Virus genome (UHGV): UHGV-0383559
Reading direction: 5' to 3' (one strand)
Length of the DNA stretch: 40,238 nucleotides
Source: a virus
Below, piece by piece: positions 8,770 to 16,898 of the stretch (position 1 is the first letter of the stretch; the number at the start of each line of letters is the position of its first letter). A model generated the notes under the pieces. It worked only from the letters and a program-made list of their open reading frames with translations, had not been told where the DNA came from and ran no database searches. The position numbers were made by a program, and so were the translations under genes.

Positions 8770-9774
8770 ATGAACAGAACTATTAACAGAACAAGAGTCA
8801 TTTTGAAGGTGAACCTGAGATTATTTGAACTTAACACAACTGGCACTGATACGCTCAGCGCCGAGATGAAAACATTTTATGATCGGACCCTGATTGAAAC
8901 GGCAGAGCCGAACCTGGTACATGATCAGGCGGCACAGACCAGAAATATCCCTAAAAACGGGGGCAAAAAGATTGAGTTTCGCCGATATAATCCCTTGGAA
9001 AAAGCCTTGACGCCGCTGACCGAGGGTGTAACGCCTGAAGGACAGAAGATGAGCGTTACCACGCTGGAGGCAGAGGTTAAGCAGTACGGCGGATATATTT
9101 CCCTGTCTGATCTGCTGATCCTGACGGCAATCGACAAAAACATCCAGGAAGCCACCAAGATGATTGGCTCCCAGGCTGGACGGACTCTCGACACCATTTC
9201 GCGTGAGGTTATGAACACTGGAACCAACGTGATTTTTGGTGATGGTACAGTGACCGCTAGAAATCAGATTACCGCTAACATGAAACTGACCGTCGATATG
9301 GTCAAGCGTGCGGTCAGAGCATTAAAGGTTCAGCACGCGGAGAAGATCAACGGACATTATCTGGGCATCATCCATCAGGATTGCGCCTATGACCTGACCA
9401 GCGACAAGGAGCGTTTTATCGATGTGATCAAGTATAAGAACCCGGAACGTATCTATAATGGCGAGATCGGAACCCTTGAAGATGTCCGTTTCGTTGAAAC
9501 TTCGGAAGCCAAAAAGTTCGTGAGCGCCGGAGCGGATGGGATTGATGTATATTCCACACTGATCATTGGCGAAAATGCTTACGCAACGACGAAAGTTGAG
9601 GGCGGAGGATTGGAGACAATCATTAAGCAGCTCGGAAGCGCTGGAACCGCCGATCCGCTCAACCAGCGTGCAACGGTGGGCTGGAAAGCGCTGAAAGTGA
9701 CCGAAATTTTGACGGAGCAGTACATGATCCGACTTGAAACAGCATCCACATTCAACGACCATGCAGCGAACTAA
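8770..9774 (+). CDS. Major capsid protein (HK97-fold type) with N-terminal Prp cleavage motif
   Basis: ATG at 8770 follows AAAGGAGAACA. The N-terminus MNRTINRTRVILKVNLRLF/ELN carries the same VNLRLF motif as the scaffold. Position is after the scaffold gene. ORF-track 8737 would overlap the scaffold stop. Confidence 0.75.
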   Translation: MNRTINRTRVILKVNLRLFELNTTGTDTLSAEMKTFYDRTLIETAEPNLVHDQAAQTRNIPKNGGKKIEFRRYNPLEKALTPLTEGVTPEGQKMSVTTLEAEVKQYGGYISLSDLLILTAIDKNIQEATKMIGSQAGRTLDTISREVMNTGTNVIFGDGTVTARNQITANMKLTVDMVKRAVRALKVQHAEKINGHYLGIIHQDCAYDLTSDKERFIDVIKYKNPERIYNGEIGTLEDVRFVETSEAKKFVSAGADGIDVYSTLIIGENAYATTKVEGGGLETIIKQLGSAGTADPLNQRATVGWKALKVTEILTEQYMIRLETASTFNDHAAN

Positions 9775-9784
9775 GGAGGTAACA

Positions 9785-10123
9785 ATGGCTAGAAGTAAAA
9801 TTGAAGCAACCGCAGATACATTTACTGCTGAGGTAATGGAAGATGAGAAAACCGTAGAAAAAGAAACTGAGGTTGAGAATGCTATGGAAAAGAAGCCGCC
9901 CAAAAAGGAGCCGGAAAAGACGGTAAGATTCAAGTTGTTTAAAGACGGTGGAAAGTACAAAGGGGATAAATTCGTTGGTGTCAATGGCAAGGGATATTTG
10001 GTGGAACGCGGTGTATGGGTTGACCTTCCTGAATCCGTCTACAACGTGCTGGCGCTGTCTGAGGAGCAGATTCAGGTGGCCGAGCGAGTGATGGAAGAAA
10101 GCCGGATGGTGGAATACAAATAA
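9785..10123 (+). CDS. Hypothetical head-associated structural protein (112 aa)
   Basis: ATG at 9785 is preceded by AGGAGGT. Position is directly after the capsid gene. The protein has an acidic N-terminus. Confidence 0.55.
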   Translation: MARSKIEATADTFTAEVMEDEKTVEKETEVENAMEKKPPKKEPEKTVRFKLFKDGGKYKGDKFVGVNGKGYLVERGVWVDLPESVYNVLALSEEQIQVAERVMEESRMVEYK

Positions 10124-10139
10124 TCTGGAGGTGGGATAG

Positions 10140-11477
10140 ATGATAACAGTCAGAGGACGACAGCTGGTAATTCCGAGAGACGAGAACCAGATCGGCACAA
10201 CCTACGACGATAACTCTGAGGTCAGGCGCTTTCTGATCGACCGTGTGACGTTCGGCGGAATTGATCTGTCCCACCTGAATTTCCGCCTGGACCTGGAGTA
10301 CCAAGGAGAAAAAAAGGACACAAGCCTGCTGGACGTTGAGGTACGAGAGGACAGTATCTTATTGACCTGGACAATACCGCACAGTTGCTTGACAGCTGCC
10401 GGAACCGTATGGATCGCCATTCGCGGATACGACGATAATGGCACAGTCAAGTGGGCCACGAATAAGGGCGCGGTATACGTCGAGGACACAATCGATACCC
10501 CGGGAAGCAATCCTCCTGGTCTGACAGAGCTGGAGCAGTTGGAGCGCCGGATCGAGGAAAAAACTGAAATGCTGGACGCCAATGAGGGAGAGCGCCAGCA
10601 GAATGAGGTAATACGGCAGGAAAACGAGCAGAGACGCCAGAATAACGAGGCAGAGTGGCAGAGGCAGGCAGAGACGGCAATCGGCCAGGCCAACACCACC
10701 TTGCAGGGAGCCAATGACGCCAAGGAGGCAGCACAGGGATCGGCAACAAGTGCGGCTGAATCTGCTACAGCCGCAAACGCATCCAAGGAAGCCGCAGCGA
10801 GCAGCGCACAGGAGGCAGAGGAGAGCGCGGCAGAGGCGCAGCGGATATCCCAGGGATTCGCAGGGTTCGATGGTACAGCCCTTTCAGTCCCGGCGGTCGA
10901 CGTGCAGGGACTTGTAGGGCAGGCTGGAAGCACAAGCAACGTGCAGGCTATGCTCGATTATCTGGCCGTGAAAGTAGCGCAGGAATTGGTCGGAAATGAG
11001 GCGCTGACCACAAAGCTGCTGGACTATGTGACGAAATCATCCATTGTTCAGACGGAGAGTACAGACCCCACCACAGTGCCTTCAAGCCCGTATTTTAAGC
11101 AAGTGACTGGTAAGCTAATTAGTGATTTAACTGAGTCCAAAAATGAAGTATTACTCTATTCTGGGAAGATAAAATATAACGATGAAATCAGCGTTCCAAA
11201 CTTACACAAGTATAAGTTGTTCCATCTCGGGGATAACCAAAATGAACTTTATGGGTGTGATGTGGGTGGTGTTGTTGGAAACGTATTAGAGTTTAATTTA
11301 TCAGGCCAAGTATCAGGACGAGCCGTATTTTCATCAATTAAATTTCACATAATCAAAGCCAATACCCTGAAAGTGATTTTTAATATACAAGTTAATGTTA
11401 CCGCTGACAATGCTATAGAGTATGTTAGCTTGGAAAGAGAGAGTCAAATAACGTTATGGGGAGTGCCTTTAATCTAA
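10140..11477 (+). CDS. Tail-fibre-like protein with coiled-coil Ala/Gln-rich shaft and AT-rich C-terminal domain
   Basis: RBS GGAGGTGGGATAG. The central region is EAxxAA/coiled coil. The last ~120 codons (about 11130-11477) are markedly AT-rich relative to the rest of the gene, suggesting a mosaic receptor-binding end. Confidence 0.6.
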   Translation: MITVRGRQLVIPRDENQIGTTYDDNSEVRRFLIDRVTFGGIDLSHLNFRLDLEYQGEKKDTSLLDVEVREDSILLTWTIPHSCLTAAGTVWIAIRGYDDNGTVKWATNKGAVYVEDTIDTPGSNPPGLTELEQLERRIEEKTEMLDANEGERQQNEVIRQENEQRRQNNEAEWQRQAETAIGQANTTLQGANDAKEAAQGSATSAAESATAANASKEAAASSAQEAEESAAEAQRISQGFAGFDGTALSVPAVDVQGLVGQAGSTSNVQAMLDYLAVKVAQELVGNEALTTKLLDYVTKSSIVQTESTDPTTVPSSPYFKQVTGKLISDLTESKNEVLLYSGKIKYNDEISVPNLHKYKLFHLGDNQNELYGCDVGGVVGNVLEFNLSGQVSGRAVFSSIKFHIIKANTLKVIFNIQVNVTADNAIEYVSLERESQITLWGVPLI

Positions 11478-11481
11478 TTGA

Positions 11482-11955
11482 TCATTTTGCAATCGCGATC
11501 CAGAACACAGACAACTCAGAGGCAGAAGTGCCGTTATAGACTACACCAGTTACCTTTTGTGTGTCACGGCTTAATGGCGCTGCACTGCGCAAGTCTGGGC
11601 GTGATGTTACTGCACTCATAACCACCTCAGGATATTTCGAAAACGGTTTTGGGAAATTCACCGTAAATTCAGTCGTGCCGTTTGCAGCAGCGTTGACTGT
11701 TGCAATTCCAGATTGTATATCAGCACCTGTAACATAACTGGCCCAATCAGTCCACACCGATCCATTATATCGCCTGGTGTGTGTACGATCATAGACCGTT
11801 ATGCGCTGGATCACGTACCCAGTTGTTGCGATAACCTCCAAATTACCGGCTACGCTACCGGGTGAGTTGAGAATTGATGGCTCCCCATTGAAACGATATA
11901 TACCAGGACTTCTATAATTATTGAAATCACCAGTAACGGCTCCACGATCAACCAC
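11482..11955 (-). CDS. Start-less tail-fibre C-terminal cassette (knob-like receptor-binding domain), convergent with the fibre gene
   Basis: Translation begins VVDRGAVTGDFNNYRSPGIY, resembling the opening of tail-fibre knob domains. The reading frame has no ATG; only GTG at 11955. No SD precedes it. The frame is open for 9 further codons upstream through an S-D-L codon triplet identical to one in the + fibre gene. Confidence 0.5.
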   Translation of the reverse strand: MVDRGAVTGDFNNYRSPGIYRFNGEPSILNSPGSVAGNLEVIATTGYVIQRITVYDRTHTRRYNGSVWTDWASYVTGADIQSGIATVNAAANGTTEFTVNFPKPFSKYPEVVMSAVTSRPDLRSAAPLSRDTQKVTGVVYNGTSASELSVFWIAIAK

Positions 11956-12025
11956 TAAATCACTATATTGAGTAGTAACTCATCCACCAACAACGCCCCG
12001 GATATCCGGGAGAAAGGAAAAATCA

Positions 12026-12436
12026 ATGAATGAAAAAGTGAGACTGAAAAACGGAAATGAGTACCCGCTGGTACTTGGTGGTACATCATCCAGCCCTGAG
12101 ACTCTGCACATGCTGCTTAAGACGGATGATACACTTGAACATTTGATTACTGTTTTTTCGAACTCGACGAACACGGAACAGATCAGGACAATCAATGAGG
12201 ATGGTAGAACGCTGGCCGTGTATGACGGATACACGGTGCTGCGTGATCCTAAGGCAACTTATGATCATTATCTGATCAGCCAGGAACAGTACGACGAGGA
12301 AGGAAATGTTACCACGGAGGCTGTCTATGGCCGTGTAGCACTTCTGAAACTCTCACAGCCATATGTGGAGGCTCAGGTGGAGCAGAACCGGGCGGACATT
12401 GATTTCCTGGCCGTTATGACCGGGACTAACTTATAA
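12026..12436 (+). CDS. Hypothetical protein (136 aa). Its position matches that of XkdW-like proteins preceding the lysis cassette.
   Basis: ATG at 12026 is preceded by GGGAGAAAGGAAAAA. No recognisable motifs. Confidence 0.55.
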   Translation: MNEKVRLKNGNEYPLVLGGTSSSPETLHMLLKTDDTLEHLITVFSNSTNTEQIRTINEDGRTLAVYDGYTVLRDPKATYDHYLISQEQYDEEGNVTTEAVYGRVALLKLSQPYVEAQVEQNRADIDFLAVMTGTNL

Positions 12437-12449
12437 CAGGAGGTACAAG

Positions 12450-12584
12450 ATGGATGTGAAAGCGTTGGCAAAAAAGTATTATCCGAGGTTATGGGATATC
12501 GACCGCCTTAAAGCCCTGGTAGCTGCCGGGAAACTGGCGGAGGCGGACTACAAAGAAATTACGGGAGAGGAGTATAAGGCATGA
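12450..12584 (+). CDS. xkdX: XkdX-family small phage protein (44 aa), missing from the ORF track
   Basis: ATG at 12450 follows CAGGAGGT. The translation is MDVKALAKKYYPRLWDIDRLKALVAAGKLAEADYKEITGEEYKA. It ends with the ITGEEY-type motif and size of the XkdX family. Its stop overlaps the holin ATG (ATGA). Confidence 0.6.
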   Translation: MDVKALAKKYYPRLWDIDRLKALVAAGKLAEADYKEITGEEYKA

Positions 12585-13072
12585 AAAAGGAATATGTAAT
12601 TGCCATCCAGGGGGCCGTGACCGCAGTGGTGGCATATCTCTCGGATCGCCTGGGAGTCTTATTCCCAGTAATGTGCATACTGGTATTCGCCATGGTAGCC
12701 GACTATTTCAGCGGCATGATGGCGAGCAAGCGGGAAGCCCTGGATCACCCGAACGATCCATCTTACGGCTGGTCCAGCAAAAAGGGAGCCAAGGGGATTA
12801 TCAAGAAGGTAAGCTATCTGTGCGTGATTGCCGTGGCTATGATCGTAGATTACGTGATTGCCGTTGCTGCTGGATATCTGGACATTACAATGCCTGTAAC
12901 GGCCTTCTTTGGCCTCCTGGTGACATTATGGTATGTTTTGAACGAGCTGCTGTCCATCATTGAGAATGCCGGACGCATGGGGGGATCGGTCCCGGAGTGG
13001 CTCAGAAAATATATTGCGGTCCTGAAGGACAAGATCGACAGTGAATACGATGCAGGTGATAAGGGAACCTGA
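12581..13072 (+). CDS. Holin (phage_holin_4 / phi-LC3 family-like)
   Basis: A 163-aa protein with several hydrophobic transmembrane segments and a charged C-terminal tail. It lies immediately upstream of the endolysin. Confidence 0.8.
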   Translation: MKKEYVIAIQGAVTAVVAYLSDRLGVLFPVMCILVFAMVADYFSGMMASKREALDHPNDPSYGWSSKKGAKGIIKKVSYLCVIAVAMIVDYVIAVAAGYLDITMPVTAFFGLLVTLWYVLNELLSIIENAGRMGGSVPEWLRKYIAVLKDKIDSEYDAGDKGT

Positions 13073-13167
13073 AGGAGGTGATCCAACATCTCCCACCGGA
13101 TGGGTTAATACCGGACGTATACAGCAGCCCTGGGGAGACTCAGGGCATTATTTTAGAGGAGGTACTT

Positions 13168-13932
13168 ATGAGCATCATGATAGGACATGCTGGATCAGAT
13201 GAGCATGGAAAATATACCGGCGGAACAGCCGGGGACCAGAAGGGAACGGAAGTATGCGTAAGAGAATGGTATAACCGTCCCTGGAATGTTGTGTTGCGCC
13301 CTAAGAGCGCATATGTGGCCGCTGATATGGTCCGGGCCATGCGCGATGCCTGCGCTAATGACAATATTGGCTATGACCAGAATCAACGTACTACGCTGTA
13401 TACACAGGCCAAAGCTGTAGATTGGGATATCACCAAGATAACAACCCCCTGCGAAACAGATTGTAGTGCACTTATCGCGGTATGTGCCAACGTAGCCGGT
13501 GTCAAGGTAAGTAAGGACATCTACACCGGTAACATGGTCAAGGCGCTGAAAGCAACCGGCCAGTTTGATATATTGGCGGACGGCAAGTATCTGTCCAGCG
13601 ACCAGTATTTGCAGGCGGGCGACGTGTTGGTGTATGAGGGCCATCACACGGCTATGGCATTGCAGTATGGAGCACAGGCGGCATATCGTAAGGGCTGGAA
13701 CTATGACTATTATGGATGGTTCTATTCACCGTCTGGTGGACGCGACTATCTTATGTCCTGCTGGCAGGTGATCAACCGCCACAAGTATTATTTCAACGGC
13801 GATGGCTACGCCATGACGGATTGGCAGATAATTGGAGGCAAGGACTATTATTTCGAACCGCGCGCAGGACATCCGCTGGAATGCGCATTATACATTGCCC
13901 CGGAGGGCGCACAGTACATAGGGGAGTTCTAA
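13168..13932 (+). CDS. Endolysin: NlpC/P60-type peptidase with C-terminal cell-wall-binding repeats
   Basis: ATG at 13168 follows AGAGGAGGT. The catalytic Cys context CETDCSALI and the later GDVLVYEGHHTAMAL His are present. The C-terminus carries YYGWFY / KYYFNGDGYAMTDWQ / GGKDYYF choline-binding-like repeats. The 13078 GTG start in the ORF track lacks workable SD spacing. Confidence 0.8.
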   Translation: MSIMIGHAGSDEHGKYTGGTAGDQKGTEVCVREWYNRPWNVVLRPKSAYVAADMVRAMRDACANDNIGYDQNQRTTLYTQAKAVDWDITKITTPCETDCSALIAVCANVAGVKVSKDIYTGNMVKALKATGQFDILADGKYLSSDQYLQAGDVLVYEGHHTAMALQYGAQAAYRKGWNYDYYGWFYSPSGGRDYLMSCWQVINRHKYYFNGDGYAMTDWQIIGGKDYYFEPRAGHPLECALYIAPEGAQYIGEF

Positions 13933-13938
13933 CACATT

Positions 13939-13963
13939 GGCAGGTCATTGCGGCCTGCCTTTT
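13939..13963 (+). terminator. Rho-independent terminator after the lysis cassette
   Basis: GGCAGGTC-attgc-GGCCTGCC stem followed by TTTT. Confidence 0.7.
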
Positions 13964-13968
13964 GCGTG

Positions 13969-14027
13969 CAAAATGGGGTGGGGGCATCGACCAAAAAAAT
14001 CCGATAAAATGGTTGACAGGAGGGACG
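13969..14027 (+). promoter_or_regulatory. Conserved late-leader element, copy C: AAATGGGGTGGGGGCATCGACCAAAAAAATCCGATAAAATGGTTGACAGGAGG
   Basis: Same element as 3458..3514. Again it sits directly after a terminator and directly before an RBS/ATG (14031). Confidence 0.6.
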
Positions 14028-14030
14028 CTT

Positions 14031-14402
14031 ATGACATTAGGGAAATTAATTGAGAAAATTGTGGAACAGAAGGGGCAGCAGTATGACACGGGAATCCTGA
14101 CGGACTGGGTGAACGAGATCGAGGGCCAGGCCGTGGAAGAGGTAATCAACCAGGCAGATGGGAACAATATTGCTTTCGTACCCTATGATTACACCCAGGA
14201 CGTGGAACGCACTTTGCGGATTCCAGATAGATTTCAGGACGTATACCTGAACTATCTGTACGCCAAGATCGATTTCGGCAACCAGGAGACAGAGCGCTAC
14301 AACAACGACGTGGCAATGTATAACGCCTCCTATGAGGCATACGCGGCGTGGTTCCGGCGAGAGCATCGCCCTAAGAAGCGCGCCATGTTTTCGAAATTTT
14401 AG
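14031..14402 (+). CDS. Hypothetical protein (124 aa), first gene of the second late unit
   Basis: ATG at 14031 immediately follows the conserved element and its GACAGGAGG. ORF-track 13716..14402 extends upstream across the terminator and element and is unlikely to be real. Confidence 0.55.
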   Translation: MTLGKLIEKIVEQKGQQYDTGILTDWVNEIEGQAVEEVINQADGNNIAFVPYDYTQDVERTLRIPDRFQDVYLNYLYAKIDFGNQETERYNNDVAMYNASYEAYAAWFRREHRPKKRAMFSKF

Positions 14403-14413
14403 GAGGTGAGGAC

Positions 14414-15979
14414 ATGAGATTACCATTTCTTCGCACTGCGGCCCAGGAACAGCGAAAACAGATCGGTCAATTCTTGGGACTGAATAAGAATCTGGTCATC
14501 AACGAGAACGAATTTTCCGATATGAAGAACATGTCCTCGGATCGATTCCCGGCCATCTGCACCCGCCGCCCGCGCGGTGAGATAATGAAAACGCTGGGGA
14601 AACCGCACGGCCTGTTCCACAAGAACGGCCTTGCATACGTTGATGGCACAAAACTGTATTACAAGGACCAGGCCGTAGCCGACGTGACCGACACCGACAA
14701 GATCATGGTGGGGATCGGGGCCTATATCGTGATCTGGCCGGACAAGATCATGTATAACACCGCAGACGGCACGGTAACGCCCCTGGAGGTCACCTGGACG
14801 CAATCGGCCACGGCCACGTTCTCCTTGACCACCGCAGGCTCCACGATGGTCAAAATTGCCTGCACCGGGATCGGCAAGGCGTTCCAGCGGTACGACGCGG
14901 TAACAATATCCGGCTGCACCAACGCTGGATTCAACAAGACCGCAGTGATCCAGGAGAAGGAGGACAACTACATCGTCGTGATCGGGGACCTGTCGGCCAC
15001 ATTCACACAAGCCTCCGGCCTGACGCTGAAGCGCACCGTACCGGATATGGATTATGTCTGCGAAAGCGAGAATCGCCTGTGGGGCTGCTCCAGCGCCAAC
15101 CACGAAATCTACGCATCCAAGCTGGGGGACCCCACCAACTGGCAGGCATTCGAGGGGATCAGCACAGATTCCTACGCGGTCACGGTGGGATCAGATGGGG
15201 ACTTCACCGGCTGCATATCCCACCTGGGATATGTCCTGTTTTTCAAGGGTGACACCATCCACAAGGTGTTCGGCAATAAGCCCAGCAACTACCAGGTCAC
15301 CACATCAACCCCTATGCGCGGTGTTGCTAAGGGCTGCGAGGGGACCATCTGTATCGTCAATGAGACGTTGCTGTATGTCAGCCGGGACGATGTGTGCAGC
15401 TACGACGGCGCACAGCCGGAGAGCATCGGTGAGGCAGTCAAGGGCCTGGGATTCGACGCCGGAACGGCAAGCCACTATAATGGCAAGTATTATGCCTCCC
15501 TGCGCGATTCAGCGGGCAGCTGGGGCCTCTACGTGTTCGACCTTAGCAAGGGCCTATGGCATAAGGAAGATAGCCTCCACGCCCTGTATATGGCCTACGG
15601 AGAGGGCGAGCTGTATTGTATCGACGAGCACGGCAACCTCTTCACCATTGCAGGCGACCGGCAGGAAACAATCTCCTGGAGCCTGGAATCCGGTGATCTC
15701 ATTGAGGGCAGCGTGGAGTATAAGCACGTCAAGCGCCTGCTGTACAACATGATCATCACGCCGGGCGCAGAGGTCAATGCCTACATCAGATACGACGACG
15801 ATCCAGATTGGAAGAAGATTAACACCTTCACCGGAAAGTCTTACCGGACCCACATCATGACCGTGGTCCCCGGCAGGTGTCAAAGGTACCGCATCCGCCT
15901 GGACGGGATCGGGGACGTAACGCTGATCGCAATAGGCAAGGTAATTGGACAGGGGAGTGAATTACATGGCAGTCTATAA
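14414..15979 (+). CDS. Putative tail/virion structural protein (521 aa)
   Basis: Strong RBS TAGGAGGTGAGGAC. It is a large beta-rich protein immediately upstream of the fibre genes. No catalytic motifs were recognised. Confidence 0.55.
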   Translation: MRLPFLRTAAQEQRKQIGQFLGLNKNLVINENEFSDMKNMSSDRFPAICTRRPRGEIMKTLGKPHGLFHKNGLAYVDGTKLYYKDQAVADVTDTDKIMVGIGAYIVIWPDKIMYNTADGTVTPLEVTWTQSATATFSLTTAGSTMVKIACTGIGKAFQRYDAVTISGCTNAGFNKTAVIQEKEDNYIVVIGDLSATFTQASGLTLKRTVPDMDYVCESENRLWGCSSANHEIYASKLGDPTNWQAFEGISTDSYAVTVGSDGDFTGCISHLGYVLFFKGDTIHKVFGNKPSNYQVTTSTPMRGVAKGCEGTICIVNETLLYVSRDDVCSYDGAQPESIGEAVKGLGFDAGTASHYNGKYYASLRDSAGSWGLYVFDLSKGLWHKEDSLHALYMAYGEGELYCIDEHGNLFTIAGDRQETISWSLESGDLIEGSVEYKHVKRLLYNMIITPGAEVNAYIRYDDDPDWKKINTFTGKSYRTHIMTVVPGRCQRYRIRLDGIGDVTLIAIGKVIGQGSELHGSL

Positions 15980-16898
15980 GCCCATACAGATAGACGGAGA
16001 CGAGGATATCAAGGTCCTGATGAAGAAGCTATATCGCTTCAACGAGGACCTACGTTACACGATGTCCAATTTGGACCTCGCGGACAACTGCCCAGGAATC
16101 TTGAATAAGATTGACGAGCGAGACGACATGCTCCGCACCATCAAGTGGGACGCGGACCAGCTGCACATACAGTACGACGACCTGGAGACGGCCACAACCA
16201 CCAGCCTGCGCCAGTCAGAGGACGCAATCAACCTGTTGGTCAGCCGGGGATCGGTGGTGGATACTCTGATCACCCGACTGGACATCTATAAGGAGTCAAT
16301 CACGTTGAAATCCAATCAGATCGAGATTGACGCCAACAATATGACACTTGATCGGGCGGGTAATACCGTGTTTACAGGGAGCATTACTGGCGGATACATA
16401 CGGTTGGCAAACGGAAAGTTCTGGGTCAATGAGGATGGAGACTGTTACATCGACGACGAACTGATCACGGAGACGTTGAACCCGTCCGACGGTATATTTG
16501 CTGCACAGCTGGAGGTATACAACGACGATGAAGTGATGATCTATATAACCGACACGATCAACGCCGGAGAGGCGTACATCGGTGGTGAGCTTAATTGCCG
16601 CCAGGTCAAGCAGCGGTCGGACCACCGCGTAAAGAAGCACATAACCAGCCTGGAACCGTCGAAGTGCGCCAAGATCGTGAGGCAGTTGCAGCCGAAGTCA
16701 TTCCGATTCATCGGATCGGGAATCCCGTCAATCGGTTTTGAGGCCCAGGACGTGTACCGTATACAGGATGATCTCCCGCTCGTGGGCCGCAACGGGGCAT
16801 ACCTGGAGATTCCATACGCGAACTGCACGGCACTCCTGGCGGGAGCGATCCAGGACAACCAGCGGCGCATAGATCGCCTGAAAAGGATGGTGATGTAA
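15966..16898 (+). CDS. Tail fibre/tailspike with C-terminal intramolecular chaperone auto-processing domain (Peptidase S74-like)
   Basis: The C-terminal RSDHRVKKHI carries the Ser/Lys dyad (S-D-x-x-x-K) of self-cleaving fibre chaperone domains. SITGGYIRL fibre-like repeats are present. ATG at 15966 follows GGGGAGTGA; ORF-track 15945 is an upstream extension. Confidence 0.75.
   Translation: MAVYKPIQIDGDEDIKVLMKKLYRFNEDLRYTMSNLDLADNCPGILNKIDERDDMLRTIKWDADQLHIQYDDLETATTTSLRQSEDAINLLVSRGSVVDTLITRLDIYKESITLKSNQIEIDANNMTLDRAGNTVFTGSITGGYIRLANGKFWVNEDGDCYIDDELITETLNPSDGIFAAQLEVYNDDEVMIYITDTINAGEAYIGGELNCRQVKQRSDHRVKKHITSLEPSKCAKIVRQLQPKSFRFIGSGIPSIGFEAQDVYRIQDDLPLVGRNGAYLEIPYANCTALLAGAIQDNQRRIDRLKRMVM

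Noticed and set aside
11997-12012. 14-bp perfect palindrome CCCGGATATCCGGG as a terminator
   Set aside because: No U-tract follows on either strand. It is kept only as a note within the invertible-fibre finding, as a possible recombinase or regulator binding site.
13078-13167. Upstream GTG start (13078) for the endolysin given in the ORF track
   Set aside because: The GTG overlaps its own putative SD with no spacer. The ATG at 13168 has a textbook AGAGGAGGT 5 nt upstream. The extra N-terminal 30 aa have no domain character.
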